A stretch of DNA of 44,508 bases, taken from positions 1 through 44,508 of the IMG/VR virus record IMGVR_UViG_3300012816_000001; one strand, 5' to 3'. A model generated the notes under the pieces. The model was not told where the DNA came from. It searched no databases and worked only from the letters and a program-made list of their open reading frames with translations. Every line of letters starts with the position of its first letter. Position 1 is the stretch's first letter. Shown in pieces: positions 8,337-16,469 of this stretch. Source of the DNA: a virus (taxonomy: Duplodnaviria > Caudoviricetes). The position numbers and the translations under genes are program-made.

Positions 8337-8482
8337 GCAATCCTCCGCGCGGTGGATGCGGGTAGGCCCATGCCGTGGGCTTCGGCGATGGCGTGGCACT
8401 CGCTGGTGGCCCACACGCGGTGCTCGGTCTTGCCCGCACGCACGATGTAGAGGCGGACGTGGCGCAGAGTTGGGGTGTTCAT
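8333..8482 (-). CDS. Small hypothetical protein (49 aa)
   Basis: MNTPTLRHVRLYIVRAG...ATSECHAI; ATGA overlaps at both ends. Confidence 0.6.
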   Translation of the reverse strand: MNTPTLRHVRLYIVRAGKTEHRVWATSECHAIAEAHGMGLPASTARRIA

Positions 8483-9111
8483 GCCGCACCGCCTTGCTGC
8501 TGACCTACGATGGCGTTTTCACCGGGAGTAACGCTATGGGTATTGATTCGGGTCTGATACAGGCAATCACTCTCGCCATTGCTGTGCTGGGAGCCGTGCT
8601 TGGCGTCTTGAATGCCTGGCGCAACTGGGTGCACGACAGGTTGCGGGTTCGGGTGGATGTTTCGACGGCCATTGGCGTCGGTGGTGCGCCTGCCATCAGC
8701 ATCAATATCCGCAACCTGAGTCGGTTCGATGTGACCATCACCCACATCGGGCTTCACTGCATCGGGCGCCAGCGCCATATGCAGTTGTGGCAGCCCTTGT
8801 TTACCCGTGGCGAGGCCTTGCCGGTACGCCTGGAATCGAGGGCATCCTGCACAGTCGTTCAAGCTCTTGCCGCAATGCCAGAAGAGGGCTGGCTGACAAT
8901 CGAGTGCGTATATGTCACCACTGCGTGCGGCAACGAGGTCACGGGTGGCAAAGCCCTTTTCCGCAAACACGGGTCCACCATTGCAAAAAGCGCTGCGGAA
9001 GCCCGCTTGCAGGCGGCTGAGCAAAGTTGGTAGTGGCGGGAGCACTGTGCGCAGCAGCACGGCGCCAGTGCTGAAACGGCTGCTTGCGGTTGTTTCGGTG
9101 GTGGTCTGCAT
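8479..9111 (-). CDS. First ORF of the PL operon (210 aa), spanning the 8536-9033 gene in antisense
   Basis: Strong GGAGGA RBS right after PL; its stop overlaps the next start (ATGA). Confidence 0.5.
   Translation of the reverse strand: MQTTTETTASSRFSTGAVLLRTVLPPLPTLLSRLQAGFRSAFCNGGPVFAEKGFATRDLVAARSGDIYALDCQPALFWHCGKSLNDCAGCPRFQAYRQGLATGKQGLPQLHMALAPDAVKPDVGDGHIEPTQVADIDADGRRTTDANGRRNIHPNPQPVVHPVAPGIQDAKHGSQHSNGESDCLYQTRINTHSVTPGENAIVGQQQGGAA
8536..9033 (+). CDS. Cargo protein with N-terminal TM helix and beta-rich domain
   Basis: GGGAG RBS; MGIDSGLIQAITLAIAVLGAVLGVLNAW...I.IRNLS...VTI..IG; TACGAT -10-like at 8506-8511. Confidence 0.8.
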   Translation: MGIDSGLIQAITLAIAVLGAVLGVLNAWRNWVHDRLRVRVDVSTAIGVGGAPAISINIRNLSRFDVTITHIGLHCIGRQRHMQLWQPLFTRGEALPVRLESRASCTVVQALAAMPEEGWLTIECVYVTTACGNEVTGGKALFRKHGSTIAKSAAEARLQAAEQSW

Positions 9112-9146
9112 CGTTCCTCCAGGGCGCCGGGGTGGCGCGTGGAGGG

Positions 9147-9209
9147 ATTATGTTCCACATATGGAATGTATGCAATGCCATAAATGGATTTATGGGACCT
9201 AATTTGGAA
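9147..9209 (-). promoter_or_regulatory. PL promoter with three operator-like sites
   Basis: TTGCAT-17 bp-CATAAT on the minus strand; 14-bp sites TTCCACATATGGAA (9153-9166), TGCCATAAATGGAT (9176-9189), GACCTAATTTGGAA (9196-9209). Confidence 0.8.
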
Positions 9210-9210
9210 C

Positions 9211-9238
9211 AAAAAAGCCCGCACGAGGCGGGCTTTTT
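9211..9238. terminator. Bidirectional intrinsic terminator ending the cI operon
   Basis: AAAAAAGCCCGC-ACGAG-GCGGGCTTTTT. Confidence 0.9.
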
Positions 9239-9255
9239 GCTGTCAATGGGGTGGC

Positions 9256-10080
9256 TCAGGCTGCGGCGGCTGCCCAGGTGGCAATGTTGTGTGCCAGCTC
9301 TTCGCTGTTGTCAGACTGGTAAAGGTGAAGGGAGCTGGCCCGGTACATCACGTTGTCAATGACATCGTCGCGCTGTTGCGCCAGCTTGCTCGGCTCTTGA
9401 GTAGGGCGCAGCAGAAAAATGGCCTGATGAGCGCGCTGGCGGTACAGGGCAGCGCATTGCAGGTCTAGCACGCTGTCCATCAAGTGCGCCTTGAGAGATG
9501 TGGGGCTGTAGTCTGCACTGCGCACGGCGCCCACTCCGTTGCGAGGTTGCAGTGGTACCGTGACAGGCCGTGGGCCTTGCGGAGTATTTACCAGCGTGAC
9601 CGGGGTGTTTGCCACCACCTCCCCCAGCATGGGCAGCAGCTTGCGCAGCTCGCCCAGCACCAGCGTGGTTGCGGCTGCGTCGTCCAGTTGCAGCCGGTTT
9701 GACGCCACACGCTGCGGTAGCGCAACCGTCACCTGCTCCTGAAACGTCATGCGCAGAATGTCTTCCGCCTTGGTGTGGTAGTAGGGCAGAGGGGTGTCAA
9801 AAATGATCTGTGGGCTGGGCGATGGCAAGCCTTCGGCAGCGCAGGCGGCTGCAATTTTGGCCAGGTTGACCACCGATGCGGCGCCGCCGCCGTAAAGGCA
9901 TTCCAGCCGCCCGGGCTCTTCGATGCAGCGCACATGGCGCTGGCCGGTGGCCTCTTGCACACACACACCAACGTTGATTCGTTCGCCCGTAAACGGGTCC
10001 GGCTCGCAGCGAATGACGAACACCTGCCCAGCTTGCGCGGCGGCAGCAAGGTCAAGTGGGGGTGCGGTCAAAAATTCCAT
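9256..10080 (-). CDS. DUF3037-like protein
   Basis: VIRCEPDPFTGERINVGV N-terminal motif; directly downstream of a HipA-like kinase. Confidence 0.75.
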   Translation of the reverse strand: MEFLTAPPLDLAAAAQAGQVFVIRCEPDPFTGERINVGVCVQEATGQRHVRCIEEPGRLECLYGGGAASVVNLAKIAAACAAEGLPSPSPQIIFDTPLPYYHTKAEDILRMTFQEQVTVALPQRVASNRLQLDDAAATTLVLGELRKLLPMLGEVVANTPVTLVNTPQGPRPVTVPLQPRNGVGAVRSADYSPTSLKAHLMDSVLDLQCAALYRQRAHQAIFLLRPTQEPSKLAQQRDDVIDNVMYRASSLHLYQSDNSEELAHNIATWAAAAA

Positions 10081-10085
10081 GGTCT

Positions 10086-10874
10086 CTACGGCAGCAACTG
10101 TAGCCGGTCCCGATACCAGCGCGCAACATCCAGGCTGCGCCACCATACTGCGTCAAGGGCCAGGCATGCCTCGCGGCTGCCTGCTACTGCTGCCCGCAGC
10201 GGCTGCCATTGGTTGTACAGGGTCTCAATGGCCACGTCAGCAGCTGCGGCCAGCGCGCCGCGTTGTGGTGGGGTGAGTGTTTTGATGGACTGGCAAAAAT
10301 CTACCAGCTTTGCCGGGGCCCAAGCAGTGGGGTGCAGCAAGCTATCTTCCAGCCAGTCGCAGCCGCCCAAAATGTCGCTGTGGTCGATGGCGACAAAGCT
10401 GCGGGGGCCGGTGAACACAAGGTTACCCATGTTTCGATCACCATTGATGCACAGCTGGTCGGCCGCAGCCAAGGTGGAAAAAGCGTGGCAGGCCAGCAGC
10501 CGCTCTGCCAGCTTCTTCATTTGGTCGGCACTCGCTGGGTGGTAAATCTCTTTGGGGGTGCCTTCGCTGCGGGGCATGGGCTCAAAGCTTACGAACGACC
10601 AGGCCATGCGTGTGTCGCCTGGTATGGGTGCCCGCAGCACTGCAGCGGGTGGCTGTGGCACTGTCAGCGCGGACATGAACACATACCCAAACCACTCGTT
10701 AAACAGCGAGCGTGGGGCGTTGGCAGGGAACTGCTTGACGTAGGCGCGGTGCGGGATGCCGCTGGCATTGCGCACCAGGGCCAAATGGGTCAACGCGCGG
10801 ATTCCGCCTTGTTGCACCTTGATGGTGCGAAGGTAGTGTTTGTCTGGCAACACTACCGGTACCGTGATGCTCAA
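10086..10874 (-). CDS. HipA-like (PI3/4K-fold) kinase
   Basis: AYVK, LFNEW, D.LC.NGDRNMGNL and AIDHS motifs; TTG start overlaps the cI stop (TTGA). Confidence 0.85.
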   Translation of the reverse strand: MSITVPVVLPDKHYLRTIKVQQGGIRALTHLALVRNASGIPHRAYVKQFPANAPRSLFNEWFGYVFMSALTVPQPPAAVLRAPIPGDTRMAWSFVSFEPMPRSEGTPKEIYHPASADQMKKLAERLLACHAFSTLAAADQLCINGDRNMGNLVFTGPRSFVAIDHSDILGGCDWLEDSLLHPTAWAPAKLVDFCQSIKTLTPPQRGALAAAADVAIETLYNQWQPLRAAVAGSREACLALDAVWWRSLDVARWYRDRLQLLP

Positions 10875-11338
10875 GTCTTGCCCCCTGGCGGTTGGCCCGT
10901 GGCGATGGCTGATGCGGTTGGTGCCCCGTGGCTGGCGCTGGCTCTGTTCAGGCTGTCATGCAGCCAGGAAATATCGCCATCGGTCAGCCTTCCTGCGGTT
11001 GCTTTTTGGCAGATCTCTTCTACGAAAGCGCGTGTGCGTGGGCTCAATGCTCGCCATTGTTCTTCTGCAATCACTGGCGGGCGTGGCTCTGGCATCCTGA
11101 GCGGCTGTCCCGCCTTCGCGCGCGCGGCGAGTTCCGGGTCAAGTAGGTCGCATGCGCGAAGTCGGAACGCCTCAGCTACCTCTTCAAGTTTGTCGATTTG
11201 GGCTGCAGCTTCGTTCAGTCGCATGCGTCGGACTGTCGTTTTGCCTACGCCCTGGCGTCCAGCAAACTTGTTTTCGTTGCCAAAGCCAGCATCAGCAAGG
11301 GCATTGAGATTTGCTGCAAGGACTTCGCGAACGTTCAT
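10871..11338 (-). CDS. cI: Repressor (XRE HTH) without S24 peptidase domain
   Basis: LAANLNAL...GVGKTTVRRM......QIDKLEEVAEAF HTH; divergent from cro; GGGAG RBS. Confidence 0.8.
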   Translation of the reverse strand: MNVREVLAANLNALADAGFGNENKFAGRQGVGKTTVRRMRLNEAAAQIDKLEEVAEAFRLRACDLLDPELAARAKAGQPLRMPEPRPPVIAEEQWRALSPRTRAFVEEICQKATAGRLTDGDISWLHDSLNRASASHGAPTASAIATGQPPGGKT

Positions 11339-11362
11339 GTTCGGAATCTCCCATGCCGAGAG

Positions 11363-11405
11363 GTGCAAATATGGATTTGATTGGATTCCGAATGTGGAAC
11401 ATAAT
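11363..11405 (+). promoter_or_regulatory. PR promoter with operator
   Basis: TTGATT(11377)-17 bp-CATAAT(11400). Operator TTCCGAATGTGGAA at 11386-11399. Shares ATTCCnnATGTGGAACATAATCC with PL. Confidence 0.8.
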
Positions 11406-11412
11406 CCAGACC

Positions 11413-11649
11413 ATGCGAAATGACCTCTACGCCTACGTCATGGCGAACCTCGATGCCCGGCGAATATCTCTGGCGCGGGTCTCCCGCGAGGCAGGTATTC
11501 CCTACGAGTCTTTGAAAAAGATCGCCCACCGACGCACGCCCAACCCGGGAGTGAAGCATGTGCAGGCGCTGGCGGACTACTTCGACGGCAGAAGTGCTGG
11601 CGTCGGAGTGGTTGAAGCTGCGCATCTCGACGTGGGGAGGGTGGCGTGA
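11413..11649 (+). CDS. cro: Cro-like HTH regulator
   Basis: VSREAGIPYESLKKIAHRRTPNPGVKHVQALADYF. Confidence 0.85.
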   Translation: MRNDLYAYVMANLDARRISLARVSREAGIPYESLKKIAHRRTPNPGVKHVQALADYFDGRSAGVGVVEAAHLDVGRVA

Positions 11650-12002
11650 TGGTGCGTTCCGTCGATATCTCCGAAGCGTGCGCCGATGAGCGGCCCGGCG
11701 GGCAGTGCATTCGGATTGTGGGCAATTCCGGCGCGTTGTGCGCAGACCTTGAGCTACTTGCCCAGGCGGCCAAGGGCTCGCTGCAGATCCGCCAGTTTCT
11801 TCTCGATTTTGTTGATGCCGGCGCGCAGTTCGTTGGCGTTGACCGTGAAGTCTTTGCGGCACCTGCTGCAGGTGAGCTTGGGGTTCAGTTTGAGCTTGCC
11901 GATGGGCTGCGCGGTCTTGTGGCTGCAGTGCGGGCAGGGCACGTCGATCAGTTCTTTGTCCAGCAGTCCAGTCATGGGCATCCCTCTCGAAAGATGGTTT
12001 GA
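11646..12002 (+). CDS. Operon-strand ORF (118 aa) spanning the Zn-finger gene in antisense
   Basis: GTGATG overlap with the cro stop; GGGAGGG RBS. Confidence 0.4.
   Translation: MMVRSVDISEACADERPGGQCIRIVGNSGALCADLELLAQAAKGSLQIRQFLLDFVDAGAQFVGVDREVFAAPAAGELGVQFELADGLRGLVAAVRAGHVDQFFVQQSSHGHPSRKMV
11754..11975 (-). CDS. Small Zn-ribbon + coiled-coil cargo protein (73 aa)
   Basis: CPHC...CSRC followed by an amphipathic helix; GAGGG RBS; TTGGCG-17-GACAAT promoter upstream. Confidence 0.75.
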   Translation of the reverse strand: MTGLLDKELIDVPCPHCSHKTAQPIGKLKLNPKLTCSRCRKDFTVNANELRAGINKIEKKLADLQRALGRLGK

Positions 12003-12111
12003 AGTGAGAAGCACATTGTCTTTCGATTGCGGGTGCCCGCCAAACGTTGCTGCAGCGCTCGTATTTATTGCGCTGGGTGCTATCGATTTTGATCTGAAGT
12101 AGGGGATTCCA

Positions 12112-12549
12112 ATGTCCGCTGATCGTGTTGCTGGTGCTGGCAGTTTGCCCATCGACCCTTACTGCTGGCGCCACTTGCCTATGAACTTGGGGCTGTGCGT
12201 CGCGTCCTGGGCTGCGTTGCTGGCATGGCTGTTGAGTGGCAGTGAGGGCGCGGGCAATCTGTTCGCGGTGTGGACCTGGTTTATCGCTTTGGTGTTTACC
12301 GTTGTGGTGAGCATGAGGCCCAAGCGCCTGACCCGAAGCGCCCCGGTACTGCTGCGTTGGGTATTCCGCGCAAGCGGCATCAGTCAGGTGAGTATGTTGG
12401 CCTGGTTTGGTTGCTGGTGGGTGTTTGCTCCGGCAGTGTGGGCGTTCGTGATGGCTGCTATTGAGCGCAGCTATGTGGATCGGCGTATTGCAGAGCAGGA
12501 GGTGGCCCAGGCTGCTACTGAAACCGTAGCGAGGGTTGCGCATGAGTGA
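12112..12549 (+). CDS. Multi-pass membrane protein
   Basis: AGGGG RBS; about four Trp-rich hydrophobic segments. Confidence 0.65.
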   Translation: MSADRVAGAGSLPIDPYCWRHLPMNLGLCVASWAALLAWLLSGSEGAGNLFAVWTWFIALVFTVVVSMRPKRLTRSAPVLLRWVFRASGISQVSMLAWFGCWWVFAPAVWAFVMAAIERSYVDRRIAEQEVAQAATETVARVAHE

Positions 12550-12653
12550 TGCCAACACCATCTTTGCTGATGTGACAGAGATGGACCTCGCGGCGGATGC
12601 CGTGAGTGTCCGTGTGATGCACGGCTGCTCAGCATGGATGGTTTTGCGTGATG

Positions 12654-12935
12654 TCAGCGAGGTGTCTGACGTCGCAGTGCAATTACTTCCTGGATTTTTT
12701 CCAGGTAATGCACCCATAAATGTTCGCGTTGCAGTTCCGGTGATAGTTGCTGCATGGCTGCGATCACTCGGGTGTCGTAGCGCTCCTCCAGCACCTCCAG
12801 AACATCCAGATCCAGTTGTGCCAGTAGGGCCTTCATCAGGGCCTCGGTTGCCATCGTCCGGTTCAGTAGCGCTATGCGCTCTTGATTGAGTGCTTGTATG
12901 TCTGCGCGTGCTGATTCCAGGGTGTATTCGTTCAT
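12654..12935 (-). CDS. Antisense cargo protein, helical (93 aa)
   Basis: MNEYTLESARADIQALNQER...; protein-like helical composition; GGGA RBS. Confidence 0.6.
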   Translation of the reverse strand: MNEYTLESARADIQALNQERIALLNRTMATEALMKALLAQLDLDVLEVLEERYDTRVIAAMQQLSPELQREHLWVHYLEKIQEVIALRRQTPR

Positions 12936-13016
12936 GGGTGTCCCATTCGAAAGTGGCTGTGGTGTGGATATCACATTCTCTTTTGTTTGTGGACGCCCGC
13001 CCCATGCAGGCCGGCA

Positions 13017-13265
13017 TCAGGTCAGCACCCGCTGCTGCAGCTGTGCCAGTGCTGCCAGCGTCCCAGGTGCCGTGCTTTGCGTTGCTGCCATGCGCTGGCG
13101 TGCCAGGTCGCCCCATCTGCGTAGGGCCTCCGCTGAAAAGGTGGGCTCGCACTCCAGCACCAGCACCATCTGCTGCAGCAGTAGCTCCACGGCGGCCAGG
13201 CGCTGGTCGGTGGTGGGTGGTGCGGGTGTTTCGTTCGTTTGCGTGTCTGCCATTGGTGTGGGCAT
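13017..13265 (-). CDS. Antisense hypothetical protein (82 aa)
   Basis: RLAAVELLLQQMVLVLECEP.F..EAL.RW; AGGA RBS. Confidence 0.6.
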   Translation of the reverse strand: MPTPMADTQTNETPAPPTTDQRLAAVELLLQQMVLVLECEPTFSAEALRRWGDLARQRMAATQSTAPGTLAALAQLQQRVLT

Positions 13266-13456
13266 GTGTGGATCCTGTGGTTGCCGTTGGGGTGGCCTGG
13301 GGTTGGTCAATGGTTCTGTCACTCGCACCTCTGTTCAAGCCGCGCAGCGGCCGGGGTGTCTTCTCGCTCCAAATGATCAGGGTCGCAGCGCGCGGGAAGG
13401 TGCGCTGTGTTCCGCTGTGCGGGGTGGTGCGGGTGCTTTTTCTTGGGAGTGATGGC

Positions 13457-13969
13457 ATGGGGATAACTGTCTCAATTCCGGCCGCGCTTGCCTACGGCGC
13501 AAATGAGCCGTTACCGGCCACTCAGATGACGCCTGATGTGATGGTGGCAGTGGCCAACATGCTCAAGGGGCGTATTGGTCATGTGGCTGATCGGCTGGGA
13601 TGGTCGGAGAGCACGCTTCAAAAGAAGATCACCGGCGGCGGGAAGCATGTGTTTTCGGTGCGTGATCTGCAGCTGGTGCAGCACGTGTTGGGTGATGTGT
13701 CGGCCACGCAGTTTCTGGCGGCGGCCGAGGGCTATGTGTGTGTATCGGTGCAATCCGAGGGTGTCACCAGCGCGGCCGAGGGGCTGGCACGCGTGATGCA
13801 AGGCTTGGGCGATCTGGCTGCAGCGGTGGTTGAGGAAACGGCAGGTGGCCGAGCGGCGTCGCCCAATGGCAACCGGCGAGTGCAACACCATGTGAGCGAG
13901 TTGCTGGGCCGGGTGAATGCTCTGGGCGCATTCGTGTCGGCTCAGGTGCCTGTGCGGGGTGAATCGTGA
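13457..13969 (+). CDS. CII-family phage regulator
   Basis: VADRLGWSESTLQKKI HTH followed by a helical C-terminus as in 186/CP76-type CII; GGGAG RBS. Confidence 0.7.
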   Translation: MGITVSIPAALAYGANEPLPATQMTPDVMVAVANMLKGRIGHVADRLGWSESTLQKKITGGGKHVFSVRDLQLVQHVLGDVSATQFLAAAEGYVCVSVQSEGVTSAAEGLARVMQGLGDLAAAVVEETAGGRAASPNGNRRVQHHVSELLGRVNALGAFVSAQVPVRGES

Positions 13970-14799
13970 GCGTCAGCTTGAATGTGCAGTTGCGCAACCA
14001 GGAGGCTGTGCTTGACCAGCTGGCCAAGCTGAGTGGTCCGCAGGCGCGGGGGGCATATGCCAAGGCGCTGAACGATGCGGGCTTTCAGGTGCGGCGCGAG
14101 ATGCAAAAGACTATCCGCGGCTCTTTTGATCGTGTCACGCCGTGGATTGAGCGGTCGCCCAAGGTGTTCCCAGCCACGGCTGAAAAGCTGAGTGTGTCAG
14201 TGGCTCCTACGCTGAGCACCACCAATGCGCCCAGCAAGGGCGGCAAGGTGGGGGTGGATCCGCAGAAGGTGCTGCAGGCGCAGGAATTTGGCGGGCGGCG
14301 GGCAGACAAGCGCAGCGAGTCGGCATTGCGTCGAGCTGGCATCTTGCCCAGCGGATACCAGACTGCCATCCCCAAGCAGCCCTACCCGGGCAGTGATGAC
14401 GGCAAGGGCAACTTGCGCGGTGCGTTTGTGCAGCAGCTGCTGTCGTACCTGCAGGCGTTCAGCGAGCAGGGCTTCAAGGCCAACATGTCGGACAAGCGCA
14501 AGGCCAAGCTGCGCAACCAGCAGGGCATCGGCAACATCGCCACCAAGAAGGTCTACAAGACGACGCTGGGGGTGCGCTACTTTGTGAGCTATGGGCGTCT
14601 GCGGGGTCATCACCTGCAACCCGGAATCTGGGCTGCCCGTGGCACGCACGATGTGGAAGTCAAGCCGGTGCTGATGTTCGTGCGCACGCCGAGCTATCAG
14701 CCACGCATCAGCATGGATGCCATCGCCCGCCAGAGCGATCTGCAGAACTATCTGGACAAGCGTGTACGGTTTCGTATTCGGGAGGCTGCTGGTGTCTGA
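13966..14799 (+). CDS. Basic conserved phage protein (gpZ/HK97-gp10-like)
   Basis: A.ALN..G...R......FDR.TPW...Q..GG.R..KR.E..L pattern; GTGA-coupled. Confidence 0.6.
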   Translation: MSVSLNVQLRNQEAVLDQLAKLSGPQARGAYAKALNDAGFQVRREMQKTIRGSFDRVTPWIERSPKVFPATAEKLSVSVAPTLSTTNAPSKGGKVGVDPQKVLQAQEFGGRRADKRSESALRRAGILPSGYQTAIPKQPYPGSDDGKGNLRGAFVQQLLSYLQAFSEQGFKANMSDKRKAKLRNQQGIGNIATKKVYKTTLGVRYFVSYGRLRGHHLQPGIWAARGTHDVEVKPVLMFVRTPSYQPRISMDAIARQSDLQNYLDKRVRFRIREAAGV

Positions 14800-15325
14800 G
14801 CTGGTGCTTTCCATCAATGACGCGGCCCGCATCATCGAGCGTGTCCTGGCCGGGTGCGTCGATGTGGACGGCTGCCTGATCTGGCAGGGCAGCGTGAAGC
14901 AAGGCAGTGGAATGCCGCAGGCTTCCATTCGGCCGTGGGTGGGGATTTCTCTGCCTCGTCTGGTGTACCAGGCCCAGCATGGGCGTGCACCACGTCATGG
15001 CATGTATGTGGTGCCAGCCTGTGGCAACCGTCGTTGCCTGGGGTGTCTGCGCGAGATGACGCGCCGTGAGGCCCAGCGTCGTGCGGCCCACCGTGGTGCG
15101 TACAGCCACCCCATAGCGCTGGCCAACCGGGCTGCCGCAAGCCGAAGCCGTGCCCGCTATGCCCCTGAGCTGATCGAGCTGGCGCGCGACACATCCATCA
15201 CCCAAGCCGAGGCTGCGCGCCGCACTGGCATCAGCCCATCCTATGTGCGTGGCCTGCGCATGAGCACTGGGCGCGTGTGTGGCCTGGGCGTGTGGGCTGG
15301 CCTGCTGACGAATACAAGACCATGA
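14792..15325 (+). CDS. Degenerate HNH/His-Cys-box endonuclease with C-terminal HTH
   Basis: GCLIWQG...PRLVY...G...ACGNRRCL...TQAEAARRTGISPSYV; the catalytic His positions are substituted. Confidence 0.65.
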   Translation: MSELVLSINDAARIIERVLAGCVDVDGCLIWQGSVKQGSGMPQASIRPWVGISLPRLVYQAQHGRAPRHGMYVVPACGNRRCLGCLREMTRREAQRRAAHRGAYSHPIALANRAAASRSRARYAPELIELARDTSITQAEAARRTGISPSYVRGLRMSTGRVCGLGVWAGLLTNTRP

Positions 15326-16443
15326 ATCACTACCCACACCACATCGGCGACTTCAACACAGCGACACGGCACCTGTCACGGCTGGAGCGTGCCATTTACC
15401 GTGACGCTCTCGATATGTACTACGACAGTGAGTCGCCGCTGGACGGTAGCGACTTCGACCGGCTGGCGAAACGGCTGCTGTGCCGTGACGCTGAGGAGGT
15501 GGCGGCGCTGCAGTTTGTGCTGGATGAGTTCTTTGAGCAGCAGGATGGGGGGCTGTGGACGCACCATCGCTGTGACCGGGAGATAGCCAAGTTCAAGGCG
15601 GCGCAGGCTGACGCGGGTGTGGTGAAGTCCAACGAGAAACAGCGTCAAGTGCGCAGCCGTGCTGAGCGGTCTGCTATGTTTTCTGCACTGAAAGCGGCCG
15701 GCGTCGCGGCAAAGTGGAACAGCAGGATGGGTGACCTGCGGGCCCTGTGCGCCCAGCATGGGATTGCAGTTGGAGGTCCTGCGAGTGACACGCCCAGTGT
15801 CACGGCGCCTGCCGTGACAGGTACGGTGACAGAGTTGCAACGTCACGGCAGTGGCACGGCTACCCAGAACCAGAACCATAACCATATAAAACCCCCCAAC
15901 CCCCCTGCAGGGGGGGCGGATGCGGTGCATGAGGATTCCCCACAACCGGGGCTCGAAGGGCAGGGCGGGGGAGTGCAGGCCCAGCAAGGGGGGCAGGTTG
16001 TCCAGGGCGTGGTGGGCATGCCATCGGCTGCGGCCATGACCACGGCCACGGCGCTGGGTGCGTTCTTCCCCGAGCATCGCCGCACCCGCCTGGTCGAGGT
16101 GGCGCAGATGGTGCAGTCGCTGCACGCGGATGGCACGGTGACCAGCGCGGTGCTGCTGGCTGCGGCAGCGTCACAGGCGACGGTGCTGTGCCGTGACGGT
16201 GGCAAGGCCTGCCCGTCGATGGTGCGATGGCTTCGCGAAAGCCGGTGGCTTGACTCGGCCCTGGCCCCATCGCAGGCCCAGGCGATCCCTGCGAACTGGC
16301 GAGAGACACGCAGCGGCGTTGAGGCCATGGGTGAACGAATGGGCATCGGCTCATGGGACAGCGACAAGTGGCGCCTGTTCGAGAGCTATGAGCGCGAGGT
16401 GGTCGCCGCCGTCGAGGCTCAGGCGCAAGGGGTGGCCGCGTGA
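15322..16443 (+). CDS. Replication initiator, DUF1376/YdaU family
   Basis: MNHYPHHIGDF...TRHLS..E.AIYR..LD.YY..E.PL. Confidence 0.85.
   Translation: MNHYPHHIGDFNTATRHLSRLERAIYRDALDMYYDSESPLDGSDFDRLAKRLLCRDAEEVAALQFVLDEFFEQQDGGLWTHHRCDREIAKFKAAQADAGVVKSNEKQRQVRSRAERSAMFSALKAAGVAAKWNSRMGDLRALCAQHGIAVGGPASDTPSVTAPAVTGTVTELQRHGSGTATQNQNHNHIKPPNPPAGGADAVHEDSPQPGLEGQGGGVQAQQGGQVVQGVVGMPSAAAMTTATALGAFFPEHRRTRLVEVAQMVQSLHADGTVTSAVLLAAAASQATVLCRDGGKACPSMVRWLRESRWLDSALAPSQAQAIPANWRETRSGVEAMGERMGIGSWDSDKWRLFESYEREVVAAVEAQAQGVAA
15785..15895. repeat. Iteron-like GTGACA/GTCACGGC cluster: putative origin inside the initiator gene
   Basis: Copies at 15785, 15798, 15811, 15826, 15841 and 15853 in both orientations, followed by an A-rich tract. 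Confidence 0.55.
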
Positions 16444-16469
16444 CACGCGCCCGCCGACTGTCGCCGATG

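Noticed and set aside
11335-13458. 707-aa minus-strand ORF
   Set aside because: Low-complexity Thr/His/Arg/Pro translation crossing several better-supported genes; no motifs.
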